NCBI GenBank assembly: GCA_027024225.1 | Contig: JALVSR010000132.1 | Location: forward strand, 1-62,783 | DNA: 62,783 bases | Direction: 5' to 3' | Source of the DNA: Hyphomicrobiales bacterium | GTDB lineage: Bacteria > Pseudomonadota > Alphaproteobacteria > Rhizobiales > Aestuariivirgaceae | Part shown: positions 32,012 to 42,149 of the stretch, piece after piece | Layout: each line of letters begins with the position of its first letter | How positions within the stretch are numbered: position 1 is the stretch's first letter | Notes under the pieces: generated by a model | What the model was told of the DNA's origin: nothing | Seen by the model: the letters and a program-made list of their open reading frames with translations, nothing else | The model's database searches: none | Made by a program: the position numbers and the translations under genes

Positions 32012-32258
32012 AAAAACCATCCCCGCTCCAACGACAATTCATGGCTTCATGAACCCGGGCTCAGGCGCGATATCCTCAACGCCGCTTCCCAAAAATGGCG
32101 CTGGTTTCTTGCCCCCGGACGATGGCCCGAATATTTTCTCCAAGCGGATCTGTGCGATGAAATGCCGGTGAGAAGCGCTGAAAAGCATTGCTGATGACGC
32201 ACACTGCGGAGCCTTGAACCTCTGAACCCTTGCACCCATGGCGGATTGGGAAAAACGG

Positions 32259-32456
32259 ATGTCCCGAAACAGGAAGAAGGATCCGCGCGAGAGCATGGGG
32301 CTGCGCATCGCCCTGCTGGTGGGGCTGGCGGGCGCGGCCTACCTGGGCGTGCAGTTTGCGCTTGCATACTGGAAGTCGTGGCTGCTGGCGGCGTCCATCG
32401 TGGCTTTCGCCATCGCCCTGTATTTCCTCATTTGGCCTTCTCCCGAAAGCGAGTAG
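32259..32456 (+). CDS. small two-TM membrane protein of unknown function
   Basis: 65 aa, basic N-terminus and two hydrophobic helices, 41 bp upstream of the AOR gene. Confidence 0.6.
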   Translation: MSRNRKKDPRESMGLRIALLVGLAGAAYLGVQFALAYWKSWLLAASIVAFAIALYFLIWPSPESE

Positions 32457-32497
32457 AATCTCTGAAGAGCTCGAATATTCGTGCGGGAAAAGGGCCC

Positions 32498-34330
32498 ATG
32501 CCAACCCACCCTTTCCGGATGCTGCGGGTCGATCTGACCGCCGGCCACGTCAGCGTGGAGGAACTGCCACAGGCCTGGCAAGCCGACTATGTTGGCGGAC
32601 GCGGCCTGGGCACGCGCCTGCTGTGGAAGCTTCGGGCCTTCGAGGCCGAGCCGCTCTTGCCCGAAAACCCGCTGTTGTTCATCACCGGGCCGCTCACCGG
32701 CACCAATGTGCCCACGGGCGGGCGTTACGCCGTCATGACGCGCGGGCCGCTCACCGGCACCATCGCGTGCTCCAACGCCGGCGGGCATTTCGGCCCGGCC
32801 CTGCGTTTCGCCGGATACGACGCGCTGTTGTTCACCGGCGCCGCGGAACGGCCCGTTTACCTGTTCATCGACGATGACCGGGTGGAAATCCGCGATGCCG
32901 CCGGGCTGTGGGGCGAGAGCTTCTGGACGGCGGAAGAGCGCCTGAAGGAGCGCCACGGGCACGACGTGCGCATCGCCGGCTTAGGCCGCGCCGGAGAGAA
33001 TCTTGTGCGCTTCGCCGCCGTCATGAACGACCGCGACCGCGCCGCCGGGCGCACCGGCGTCGGCGCGGTGATGGGAGCGAAAAGGCTCAAGGCGGTGGTG
33101 GTGCGCGGCACGAAGGGCGTGCGGCTGGCAAAACCTGAAAAATTCACCGCGCTGGCTACTGACCTCAACCGGCGCATCATGGACATGTCCGGCATGCGCT
33201 CCCTGGCGGTGGACGGCACGCAGGGCATGATGCGTGTTACCTGCTCGTTCGGCGCGCTGCCGACCGAAAACGCCCGGCACACGAGTTTCGACGGCTGCGA
33301 GAACATTTCCGCCGAGGCCATGCGGCGCCCGCCCGCGCCGGGGCGCAAACCGAATCTCGTCGGCCGCAAGGCCTGTTTCGCCTGCCCCATCGGCTGCGGG
33401 CGCATTGCGCAAATCCAGCCCGACCACTTCACGCTGAAATACGGCGATCAATACAAGACGCCCAACGCCGGGCTGGAATACGAGGGAGCCTACGCGCTGG
33501 GCGCCATGGTGGGGGTGGACGATCTCGACGCTTGCACCTTCGCCTTCCAGGTGTGCAACGAGGAGGGCATGGACCCCATTTCCTTCGGCGTCACCCTGGC
33601 CGCCGCCATGGAGCTGTTCGACCGCGGCGCCATCACGGAAGCCGAAACCGGCAGACCGCTGACGTTCGGCGATGCCGAGGCGCTGGCGGAAATGGCGCTG
33701 GCCACCGCCCGGCGCGAAGGCTTCGGCGATGCGCTGGCGGAAGGTTCGGCCCGGCTGTGCGCGCGCCATGGCCACCCGCAGCTGGCCATGCAGGTGAAGG
33801 GACAGGAGTTTCCCGGCTACGACCCGCGCGCCATGCAGGGCATGGGGCTGGCCTACGCCACATCGCCGCGCGGCGCGTGTCATTTGCGCGCCAGTCCCTA
33901 CCGCAGCGACTTTTCCACCGGCGACCCGAAGGTCAAGCCGAAGGTGGTGAAACAGACCCAGGATGCCAAGGCCGCCATCGACAGCCTCGGGGTGTGTTCC
34001 TTCATCACCCCGCAGGTGGACCTGCAGACGCTGGCCGAATTGGCTTCTCACGCCACCGGCATTCACTATTCGCAGGCGCACCTCCTGCGCGCCGGCGAGC
34101 GCATCTTCAATCTCGAGCGCCTGTTCAACCTGCGCGCCGGCTTCACCGGCGCCGACGATACGCTGCCCAGCCGCGTGCTCGCCGAACCGGCGGACGCCGG
34201 CGTGCACAAGGGCGAGGTGAGCCATCTGGACGAGATGCTGCCCGAATACTATCGTCTGCGAGGCTGGACGGATTCGGGCGAACCCATGCCCGAGCTCCTC
34301 TCCCGCCTCGGCCTTTTCGAATTGCTCTGA
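32498..34330 (+). CDS. aldehyde:ferredoxin oxidoreductase family protein (tungstopterin)
   Basis: GGRGLG, SNAGGHFG, AAGRTGVGAVMGAKRLKA, CFACPIGC, EYE, DPISFG, RGACHL, YYRLRGW. Confidence 0.93.
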   Translation: MPTHPFRMLRVDLTAGHVSVEELPQAWQADYVGGRGLGTRLLWKLRAFEAEPLLPENPLLFITGPLTGTNVPTGGRYAVMTRGPLTGTIACSNAGGHFGPALRFAGYDALLFTGAAERPVYLFIDDDRVEIRDAAGLWGESFWTAEERLKERHGHDVRIAGLGRAGENLVRFAAVMNDRDRAAGRTGVGAVMGAKRLKAVVVRGTKGVRLAKPEKFTALATDLNRRIMDMSGMRSLAVDGTQGMMRVTCSFGALPTENARHTSFDGCENISAEAMRRPPAPGRKPNLVGRKACFACPIGCGRIAQIQPDHFTLKYGDQYKTPNAGLEYEGAYALGAMVGVDDLDACTFAFQVCNEEGMDPISFGVTLAAAMELFDRGAITEAETGRPLTFGDAEALAEMALATARREGFGDALAEGSARLCARHGHPQLAMQVKGQEFPGYDPRAMQGMGLAYATSPRGACHLRASPYRSDFSTGDPKVKPKVVKQTQDAKAAIDSLGVCSFITPQVDLQTLAELASHATGIHYSQAHLLRAGERIFNLERLFNLRAGFTGADDTLPSRVLAEPADAGVHKGEVSHLDEMLPEYYRLRGWTDSGEPMPELLSRLGLFELL

Positions 34331-34368
34331 TTTGCTCTGACCCGCTCGTTCACGAAGGGGCCAATTTC

Positions 34369-35487
34369 ATGACCGGCCCGGTGCTTGCCGCATACGGTAA
34401 ACTGGTGGAAACGGGCGAGATTGCGCCCGATGCGCAACAGCGCGCCGCCGCCGAACGGCTGGACGCGCTGGCCGAACGGCTGCGCGATTACGAGCCGCCG
34501 AAGCCGGGGCTGCTTGCTCGCCTGTTCGGCCGCAAGCCCGCCAATCCGCCGCGCGGCATCTATCTCCACGGCCCGCCGGGACGCGGCAAGACCATGCTGA
34601 TGGACTTGTTTTTTGAAAACGCCCCGGTGCCGGAAGAACAGCGTCAGCGCTGGCACTTCGACGCCTTCATGCAGCACGTGCATGCGCTCATCAAGTCCAT
34701 CCGCGAAAAACAGGCCCGCGGCGAGCTGTGGGAGGACATCGACCCGGTGGAGCAGGCCGCGCGGGAAATCCTGAACGGTGGATGGCTCATCGGCGTGGAC
34801 GAGTTCGACGTGCGCGACATCACCGATGCCATGATTCTCGCGCGCTTGTTCGGCCACTTGTTCCGGCTGGGAGCGGTGCTGGTGGCGACCTCCAACACGC
34901 CGCCGGAGGAGCTCTACAAGAATGGCCTGAACCGCAGCCTGTTCGAGCCGTTCATCGAGCTGCTGCTGGCGCATGCGGATATCGTGCCCCTGATGGCGGG
35001 AGAAGATCATCGCTTGCGCGGCCAGGTGCTTCAGCGGCGCTGGATGTCGCCGCTGACGCCACGCATCGAGGAAATGTTCGAGAACATGTGGCTCACCGTC
35101 ATTGGCGATGAGCAACCACGGCCGAAAAGGCTGGAGCTGGGCGGGCGCACGCTGCTGGTGCCGGAGGCGACGAGCAAGGCGGCGCGCTTCACCTTCGCCG
35201 ACTTGTGCGAGCGGCCGCTGGGAGCGGGAGATTACATCGCCATCGCCAGGCGCTTTCCCACCCTGTTCATTTCGCGCATTCCCATGCTGGGGCCGGAAGA
35301 GCGCAACGAGGCGCTGCGCTTTATCCATCTGGTGGACGCGCTCTACGACAACCGCGTGCGGCTGTTCGCCACCGCCGCCGGCGAACCGCCGGACATCTAC
35401 CGCGAAGGGCCCTTGCGCGGCATGTTCGAGCGTACCGTTTCGCGCCTGCAACAGATGCGCCGCCCCGACTGGCCGGAAAAAGCGTGA
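34369..35487 (+). CDS. zapE: AFG1-like ATPase, cell division protein ZapE
   Basis: GIYLHGPPGRGKTMLMDLF, DEFDVRDITDAMIL, TSNTPPEELYKNGLNR. Confidence 0.93.
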   Translation: MTGPVLAAYGKLVETGEIAPDAQQRAAAERLDALAERLRDYEPPKPGLLARLFGRKPANPPRGIYLHGPPGRGKTMLMDLFFENAPVPEEQRQRWHFDAFMQHVHALIKSIREKQARGELWEDIDPVEQAAREILNGGWLIGVDEFDVRDITDAMILARLFGHLFRLGAVLVATSNTPPEELYKNGLNRSLFEPFIELLLAHADIVPLMAGEDHRLRGQVLQRRWMSPLTPRIEEMFENMWLTVIGDEQPRPKRLELGGRTLLVPEATSKAARFTFADLCERPLGAGDYIAIARRFPTLFISRIPMLGPEERNEALRFIHLVDALYDNRVRLFATAAGEPPDIYREGPLRGMFERTVSRLQQMRRPDWPEKA

Positions 35488-35514
35488 AACAGCCGCATGT
35501 CCTGCCCGCCTGCC

Positions 35515-36387
35515 CTAGCCTGCCCGCGCGCTCAGGTAAATCAGCTCGAAGGTGGCGCGCACGCGCCCGTCATTGTCGGCGAAACGCGTCTCGTAATGGG
35601 CCGCCGCACGGGCCAGCAGCCCACGCGAAACCGGCATCCGCGGCCGGGCGCGCAGCGGGTTGCTCCAGCCGAACGCGCGCAGCTCCTCCATCAGCTTCAG
35701 CGCATCGGCATGGCGCACGCACAGGCGCTCCACGTCCGTCACCACCTCGCGCAGGCCCGCCATGCCCGCCACCTGCGCCAGCTTGCGCAACTCCACGAAC
35801 GGCGCCACCCGCCAGCCCGGCTCGCGTCGCGGCGCAAATTCCAGCTCCGCCGCCCGCCAGGCCGTGCGCAGCTCGCGCAGGGTATCGCCACCCGGCATGA
35901 CCAGCAAAACCACCCCACCCGGCCGCAGCGAACGTTTCAGCTCCATCAGCGCCCGCGGCAGATCGTTCACCAGCGCCATGTCGAACAGGTGCACCACAAG
36001 CCCGAACGTGTCATCGGCAAATGGCAGCCGCGCATGATCTTCCACCACCACCGCCCGCAGATCCGACCCAGCGGCTTCCGAAGCATGGCGCGGCGCAAGC
36101 CAGTCCGCCCGCACCACCTTCGCCCGTGGCAACATGCCCCCCACCTGCCGCGCCAGCCAGTCCGGCCCCGTCACCAGCACCGGCGCGGTCATTTCTGCAT
36201 CGATGGCCGCCTCTTTCTCGTCGGCCAGCAGATCACCCAGCCGCGCCAACAACTCCTCGCCCGCCAGTTCCTCCAGAAAATCCGGCGCGAATCGCCCCCG
36301 CTGCCGCCTTTGCCGCAGCAGTTCGGTGTCAAACGGCATGGCATCCGGCATCAATGGTGAAGAACCGGAGCGCAAAGAGGATGACAT
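35515..36387 (-). CDS. SAM-methyltransferase-fold protein (NDUFAF5/BioC-like)
   Basis: LPFADDTF, VNDLP, GGDTLRELR, RVRATFELIYL; motif I degenerate; start uncertain. Confidence 0.8.
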   Translation of the reverse strand: MSSSLRSGSSPLMPDAMPFDTELLRQRRQRGRFAPDFLEELAGEELLARLGDLLADEKEAAIDAEMTAPVLVTGPDWLARQVGGMLPRAKVVRADWLAPRHASEAAGSDLRAVVVEDHARLPFADDTFGLVVHLFDMALVNDLPRALMELKRSLRPGGVVLLVMPGGDTLRELRTAWRAAELEFAPRREPGWRVAPFVELRKLAQVAGMAGLREVVTDVERLCVRHADALKLMEELRAFGWSNPLRARPRMPVSRGLLARAAAHYETRFADNDGRVRATFELIYLSARAG

Positions 36388-36392
36388 GCTCC

Positions 36393-37343
36393 CTACTCCG
36401 CCGCCAACGGCTGCGCCCGTCCGCCGCGCTCCCACAAGGGCGCGAGCAGCTCTGGCAGGCGCGCGATGATGCGCGTGATGAGCTGGCGCAACCGCAGGAA
36501 GTCGTCCGTCAGTTCATAGGCGAACGGCTTGGTGTAGAGCCGCCGGTTGATCTCTATCTGAACGGCGTGCGCGCCAAATCCTTCCAGTCCGTAATGGCGG
36601 GTGATATAGCCCCCGGTATAGACGCGATTGCGCCGCACGTTCAGCCCCGCCTGGCGAAACAGCCGTTCCAGCGTATCCGTCAGCAGCGCATCACAGGAAG
36701 TGCCCTCGCCATCGCCCAGGATGATGTCCGGCTGGCGCAACGAAAGCGGCGTCATGGCCCGCGCCGCCGATTCCGGCATGGAATGACAGTCGATCAGCAC
36801 CGCCGTGCCAAAGCGTTCACGCGCCTGTTCCAGCAGCCCGCGCAAGGCCTCGTGATAGGGCCGCCAGTAGCCCTCGATCCGCTCCTTCGCCTCGTCCCAG
36901 CGCAGCGGGCGGGTGTAAATGCCCTGCCCTTCGCTGATGAACTGCGGGATCACGCCCAGCCCCGCGCGCGCCCGCTCCGTGTCGGTCTGCGCCCAGTCCG
37001 GGGCCGGCGCGTCGAACATCTCCGCCGTCAGTTCTCCCGCTGCACGGTTCAGGTCCAGCCACACCCGCGGCCGCTGCGCCGCCAACAGGGGGCTGCCATG
37101 TTTCGGCGCCGCGGCGAACAGGAGATCCACCGCGAAATCCTCCGACGCCCTGAGTCGCGACAGCGGCACCGCTGCCTCACGCACGAAATTGGCCGGATAA
37201 CACCGCCCCGAATGCGGCGAACTGTAGATGATGGGCGCACGCCAGCCGCCTTCCGGCTCGTGCAGGACATGGGCGCACGAACAGTCGTCCACCCCAAGCA
37301 GGGGCCATGCGTCGAACTCGGGCGACTTGCTCTTTTCGGTCAT
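36393..37343 (-). CDS. N-formylglutamate amidohydrolase family protein
   Basis: SSPHSGRCYP, SED, DLNR, YWRPYH, IDCHSMP, QIEINR. Confidence 0.9.
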   Translation of the reverse strand: MTEKSKSPEFDAWPLLGVDDCSCAHVLHEPEGGWRAPIIYSSPHSGRCYPANFVREAAVPLSRLRASEDFAVDLLFAAAPKHGSPLLAAQRPRVWLDLNRAAGELTAEMFDAPAPDWAQTDTERARAGLGVIPQFISEGQGIYTRPLRWDEAKERIEGYWRPYHEALRGLLEQARERFGTAVLIDCHSMPESAARAMTPLSLRQPDIILGDGEGTSCDALLTDTLERLFRQAGLNVRRNRVYTGGYITRHYGLEGFGAHAVQIEINRRLYTKPFAYELTDDFLRLRQLITRIIARLPELLAPLWERGGRAQPLAAE

Positions 37344-37426
37344 GCTGGCAAGATATTCCGTAAGCGAGGTTGCGCCGCAACGTGTATGGACGTGATTTTT
37401 CCGCGAACCAGGGAAAGGTCTGCTCC

Positions 37427-37975
37427 ATGACCCGGCTGGAGATCTGCAAGGGCGATATTACGAAACTGGAAGTGGATGCCATTGTCAACGCCGCCAACGA
37501 AAGCCTGCTGGGCGGCGGCGGGGTGGACGGGGCCATTCACCGCGCCGCCGGGCCTGAACTGCTGGAGGAAACGCGCACCCTCGGCGGCTGCCCCACCGGC
37601 GAGGCGCGCATCACGAAAGGCTATCGGCTTCCGGCGAAATGGGTGATCCACGCCGTCGGCCCCGTCTGGCGCGGAGGTGATGCGAACGAGGATAAGCTGC
37701 TCGCCTCCGCCTACCGGCATGCACTGAAACTGGCCGCCGAACACGGCGTGCGCACGATAGCCTTTCCTGCCATCTCCACCGGCGTCTACGGCTTTCCGAA
37801 AGAGCGTGCCGCACGCATTGCCGTGAACACCGTGCGCAACTTCCTGGCCAATGAATCGCACCGGTTGGAGCGGGTGATCTTTTGCTGTTTCGATGACGCC
37901 TGCGTGCAGGCACACGAGAAGGCCCTTGCGGAAGCGGAGCGTGGCCGGCGACGGGACGGATCGGCAGGCGAATGA
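37427..37975 (+). CDS. macro domain O-acetyl-ADP-ribose deacetylase (YmdB-like)
   Basis: [41 protein letters not shown]. Confidence 0.93.
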   Translation: MTRLEICKGDITKLEVDAIVNAANESLLGGGGVDGAIHRAAGPELLEETRTLGGCPTGEARITKGYRLPAKWVIHAVGPVWRGGDANEDKLLASAYRHALKLAAEHGVRTIAFPAISTGVYGFPKERAARIAVNTVRNFLANESHRLERVIFCCFDDACVQAHEKALAEAERGRRRDGSAGE

Positions 37976-37995
37976 ACAAGGGAGGATGAACGCTC

Positions 37996-38667
37996 ATGGC
38001 CCACTGGGTAATCGTCGGCGCATCACGTGGCATAGGGCTGGAGATGGCGCGCCAGCTCGCCGAACGCGGCGATGAGGTAACGGCCACCGCCCGGAGCGTC
38101 ACGCCGGAGCTGGCGGCGCTGGAACAAGCCGGCGTCAACGTGGTGGAAGGCGTGGACGTGGCCACTGATGAAGGCGCCGCGCACCTGGCCGAGGCGCTGG
38201 GCGGCAAGCGCGTTGATGCGCTGGTGCACAACGCCGGCATACTGAAATCCGACAACCTGATGACGCTCGATTTCGATGAGGCGCTGAGGCATTACAACAT
38301 CAACGCGCTGGGCCCGTTGCGCGTGGTGCGCGCACTGCTGGACAATTTTGGCGAGGGCTCGCGTATCGGCATCGTCACCTCGCGCGTCGGCTCGTTGTCC
38401 GACAACACCTCCGGCGGCAATTACGCCTATCGCATGTCGAAGGCGGCGGCCAACATGGCGGCGAAGAACCTTTCCATCGAACTGAAACCCCGCGGCATCG
38501 CCGTGGCCGCGCTGCACCCCGGCTACGTGCGCACCGACATGACGCAAGGGCGCGGCAACATCGAGGCCGACGTCGCCGCCCGCGGGCTGATTCTGCGCAT
38601 GGACAACCTCTCTCTGGCCAACACCGGCACTTTCTGGCATGCCGAGGGCTGGGAAATTCCCTGGTAA
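37996..38667 (+). CDS. short-chain dehydrogenase (CsgA/C-factor-like)
   Basis: GASRGIG, NAG, YRMSKAA, LHPGYVRTDM. Confidence 0.9.
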   Translation: MAHWVIVGASRGIGLEMARQLAERGDEVTATARSVTPELAALEQAGVNVVEGVDVATDEGAAHLAEALGGKRVDALVHNAGILKSDNLMTLDFDEALRHYNINALGPLRVVRALLDNFGEGSRIGIVTSRVGSLSDNTSGGNYAYRMSKAAANMAAKNLSIELKPRGIAVAALHPGYVRTDMTQGRGNIEADVAARGLILRMDNLSLANTGTFWHAEGWEIPW

Positions 38668-38688
38668 TCAGCCTGGGCGGAAAGGCGC

Positions 38689-39723
38689 ATGACCCATACC
38701 CCTGCACAGACCGGCAGTGCACAGGCCGCCGAAAACGACCACGCCAGTGTCGGCATGGCCACCATCGACAGGGAGCTCGCGGGCCTGGCCGCCCTGCGCG
38801 ATGCCCTGGGTGGCTCCTTGCGCAAATCCTTCAACGAGGTGGTGGAGCTCATCCACAACCGGAGCGCCAGGGGCCGCGTCATCGTTTCCGGCATCGGCAA
38901 GAGCGGCCACATCGGCCGCAAGATCGCCGCAACGCTGGCCTCCACCGGCACGCCGGCGCACTTCGTGCACGCGGCGGAGGCCGCGCATGGCGATCTTGGC
39001 ATGCTCACCCGTGACGACGTGGTGCTGCTCATTTCCAACTCCGGCCGCTCGCCGGAACTGGCGGCCATCATCCATTTCGCCACGCGCAATCGCATTCCGC
39101 TGGTGGCCGTCACCGCCAATGCCGAAAGCCCGCTGGCCCGCGCGGCCAATTACCTGCTGCTGCTGCCGCCGGCGGAGGAGGGCTGCCCGTTGGGGCTGGC
39201 GCCCACCACCTCCACCACCATGCAGCTCGCGCTGGGCGATGCCCTGGCCATGGCCTTGCTCTCCGCCCGCAAGTTCCAGGCGGAAGATTTCGGCCAGTTC
39301 CACCCGGGCGGCAACCTGGGCGCCCTGCTCAAGCCGCTGGAAGAGGTCATGCATACCGGTGACGAGCTCCCGCTGGTGTCGCCCCGCACGCCGATGAACA
39401 AGGTCTTGCTGGAGATGACGAGCAAGCGCTTCGGGGCCGCCGGCATCGTCGATGACGCAGGCCGGCTGGCAGGCATCATCACCGACGGCGACTTGCGCCG
39501 CGCCATGGAGAAGCATCCCGACCTGATGCGGCTCACCGCCCGCGAGGTCATGTCGCCTAACCCGAAGACCATGCGCCCGGAAGACATGGCCAGCAAGGCG
39601 CTGGGCTTCATGAACGAGCGCAAGATCACGGTGCTGTTCATCGTGGATGACCAGCACCGCCCCTTGGGCATCGTGCACATGCATGATCTTCTGCGCATGG
39701 AGGGGCAGCGCCGCGCACCCTGA
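38689..39723 (+). CDS. kdsD: KpsF/GutQ arabinose-5-phosphate isomerase
   Basis: SGIGKSGHIGRK, EAAHGDLG, APTTST, FHPGG, tandem CBS domains. Confidence 0.92.
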   Translation: MTHTPAQTGSAQAAENDHASVGMATIDRELAGLAALRDALGGSLRKSFNEVVELIHNRSARGRVIVSGIGKSGHIGRKIAATLASTGTPAHFVHAAEAAHGDLGMLTRDDVVLLISNSGRSPELAAIIHFATRNRIPLVAVTANAESPLARAANYLLLLPPAEEGCPLGLAPTTSTTMQLALGDALAMALLSARKFQAEDFGQFHPGGNLGALLKPLEEVMHTGDELPLVSPRTPMNKVLLEMTSKRFGAAGIVDDAGRLAGIITDGDLRRAMEKHPDLMRLTAREVMSPNPKTMRPEDMASKALGFMNERKITVLFIVDDQHRPLGIVHMHDLLRMEGQRRAP

Positions 39724-39872
39724 GCGCACAGGAGTCGCGCGGGCCATGCAGGCGTCAGATGGAACTGCTTCTTATAAGAATTCCACAATCAGGCAGGGCG
39801 GTGCGTTGCCCCTGTCCTCGGAAACGCCTATACCGTGAACCAGGAGTGACCACGGCATCTTGTGGGGAACGC

Positions 39873-40328
39873 ATGAACGGCGACAACACAAGGGAAAAAA
39901 CGGAAAGCACGCTGAACTTCATCGAACGCGCCTGCCAGGAAAAGGGCATGCGCATGACCGATCAGCGCCGGATCATCGCACGAGTGATCGCCGAATCCAC
40001 CGACCATCCGGATGTGGAAGAGCTCCACAGGCGCGCCACCGCCATCGACCCGCGCATTTCCATCGCCACCGTTTACCGCACCGTGAAGCTGTTCGAGGAG
40101 GCGGGCATTCTGCAACGCCACGAGTTCGGCGACGGCCGCGCCCGCTACGAGCCCATCAGCGAGGAGCACCACGACCACCTCATCGACCTCAATACCGGCG
40201 AGGTCATCGAGTTCACCTCCGAGGAAATCGAGGAGCTTCAGCGCAGGATCGCGGAAAAGCTGGGCTACAAGCTCGTCGACCACCGCCTGGAGCTCTATGG
40301 CGTGAAGCTCAAGGACGGCGAGAAATAA
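39873..40328 (+). CDS. fur: Fur/Mur family transcriptional regulator
   Basis: RMTDQRR, HPDVEEL, SIATVYRT, HHDHLID. Confidence 0.93.
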   Translation: MNGDNTREKTESTLNFIERACQEKGMRMTDQRRIIARVIAESTDHPDVEELHRRATAIDPRISIATVYRTVKLFEEAGILQRHEFGDGRARYEPISEEHHDHLIDLNTGEVIEFTSEEIEELQRRIAEKLGYKLVDHRLELYGVKLKDGEK

Positions 40329-40370
40329 TCCCCGCCGCCCGCCTCGTTCCATTCACGCCGCCTCTCGAGC

Positions 40371-41183
40371 TCAGAAGTGGTCCTTGCGCTCGCGCAGCGC
40401 GGCGAACACCCGCCAGTTCTCCACGCCGTGCATGTCCAGCCTGTCGCGAATTTCCCACGAATCGGGCCTGAGAAACGGGTTGGTCTTCTTCTCAAGCCCC
40501 ATGCTCACCGGAATGGTGGGCCTGCCCTCGCGCAGCAGCCGGCGCACCTCCTCCACCCGCTTCTGCAGGTCCTCGTTGCCCGGCTCCACCGTCAGGGCGA
40601 ATTCGCCGTTGTTCAGCGTGTACTCATGACCACAATACATCAGCGTGTCTTCCGGTAGGTGCCGCAGCATGTCCAGCGAATGCCACATAGTCTCGGCATC
40701 GCCCTCGAAGATGCGCCCACAGCCCAGCGAGAACAGCGTATCGCCCGTGAACACCACCTTGGAATTGCACATGTAATAGGCCACGTGCCCCAGCGTGTGC
40801 CCCGGCACCGCCAGCACGTCGATGATCTCTCCGCCAAACTCGATCTTGTCGCCGTCCTGCACGCCCCTGTCCAAGCCGGGGATCTGCCCGCGGTTCTTCT
40901 CCGGGCCGATGATGGTGGCGCCATACTTGGCCTTCAGCTCTTCGTTGGCCGCCACATGGTCGGCGTGGTGGTGGGTGATCAGAATGTGCGTCAGCTTCCA
41001 GCCCGTCTCCTGCAGCGCCGCGTCGATGGGCCCGAACTCCGGCGCGTCCACCAGCGCCGTCTCGCCGCTTTCCGGATCATGAAACAGCACCGCATAATTG
41101 TCGGTGCGGCAGCGGATCAGGCGGAAATCGAACTTCGACTGCGGCTCGATGGTCGGATCGCAGATGCCCACATTGGCTTTCAT
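40371..41183 (-). CDS. gloB: hydroxyacylglutathione hydrolase (glyoxalase II)
   Basis: DNY, THHHADH, GHTLGH, FTGDTLFSLGCGR, CGHEYT. Confidence 0.95.
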   Translation of the reverse strand: MKANVGICDPTIEPQSKFDFRLIRCRTDNYAVLFHDPESGETALVDAPEFGPIDAALQETGWKLTHILITHHHADHVAANEELKAKYGATIIGPEKNRGQIPGLDRGVQDGDKIEFGGEIIDVLAVPGHTLGHVAYYMCNSKVVFTGDTLFSLGCGRIFEGDAETMWHSLDMLRHLPEDTLMYCGHEYTLNNGEFALTVEPGNEDLQKRVEEVRRLLREGRPTIPVSMGLEKKTNPFLRPDSWEIRDRLDMHGVENWRVFAALRERKDHF

Positions 41184-41309
41184 GGCCGTCGCTCCCCTGT
41201 TGCGAAGGTGATCGTTGCCCCCGCCGCGCAGTCATGCCGCAGCTGGAGAATGCCTTCGGCATGTAATATAGGAACATCAACCCGCGCTGGAAACGGACGT
41301 TGAGCAAAT

Positions 41310-42080
41310 ATGGACGTCATTGAACTGCGGCAGTTTTACGCAAGCCCGCTGGGGCGACAGGTGCGCAGGGTCATCTCTCGCCACCTGAATGCTCTGCCGC
41401 GTCCGCCGGCCGATGCATGTGTGCTGGGGCTGGGTTTCGCCACGCCCTGGCTGGATGCATACCGCCAGCACGTGCGCGCCACCCTCGCCTTCATGCCGGC
41501 GCATCAGGGCGCCATGATCTGGCCGCATGAGCAACCGCCCGCCACCGCGCTGGTGGACGAAACCGCCCTGCCCCTGCCCGACTCCAGCATTGATCTGGCG
41601 CTGGTGGTGCATGCGCTGGAGCTCACGCCCGTGCGCGAAAAACTCATGGGTGAGCTGTGGCGCGTGGTGGCGCCGTCGGGGCACGTGGTGTTCATCGTGC
41701 CCAACCGCAGCGGACTATGGGCGCGGGCGGAAAGGGTGCCCTTTGGCCACGGTCGCCCCTTCTCCCGCCGCCAGCTGGAGCAGTTGCTCAAGGATTCCAT
41801 GTTCACCCCCACCACCATTTCGCCGCTGTTGTTCATGCCGCCCTGGCGCGGGCGTTTTCTGGGCGGTTCGGCAGGCACGTGGGAGCAGGTGGGGAAATGG
41901 CTCTTCCCCGGCTTTTCCGGCCTTCTGATGGCCCAGGCCATCAAGCAGGTCTATGCCCGCCGCGGCGAGCGTCAGCGCGTCCCGCTCATCCCCGCGCTTC
42001 ATCCCGCCCCGGTCGGCACCGTGGGCCTCAACATGGGCGACATGGGCGCGCACCCCGCCCGGCACGGAAGCGAAACTTGA
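41310..42080 (+). CDS. class I SAM-dependent methyltransferase (YafS-like)
   Basis: FYASPLG, LGLGFATP, PFGHGRPFS; divergent from gloB as usual. Confidence 0.88.
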   Translation: MDVIELRQFYASPLGRQVRRVISRHLNALPRPPADACVLGLGFATPWLDAYRQHVRATLAFMPAHQGAMIWPHEQPPATALVDETALPLPDSSIDLALVVHALELTPVREKLMGELWRVVAPSGHVVFIVPNRSGLWARAERVPFGHGRPFSRRQLEQLLKDSMFTPTTISPLLFMPPWRGRFLGGSAGTWEQVGKWLFPGFSGLLMAQAIKQVYARRGERQRVPLIPALHPAPVGTVGLNMGDMGAHPARHGSET

Positions 42081-42149
42081 CGAAACAGGACGTTGAGCGC
42101 ACAACGACTGTTCATTGATCATGCACTTGTCGCAACAGCGAATCCGGCC

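Noticed and set aside
32040-32240. Scattered words resembling enterobacterial 6S RNA (GATAT, TGGCGCT, GAGAAGC, CCTTGAACC)
   Set aside because: Spacing differs greatly and terminal pairing is weak; likely chance
32246-32497. N-terminal extension of the AOR ORF (and similar extensions on zapE, ygfA, DUF2332, cbbR, DUF1223)
   Set aside because: Open-frame run-ons overlapping neighbouring genes; family similarity begins at later Met codons
37427-38667. Macro domain plus SDR as a toxin-antitoxin or defence pair
   Set aside because: YmdB-type housekeeping macrodomain; no ADP-ribosyltransferase or sirtuin nearby
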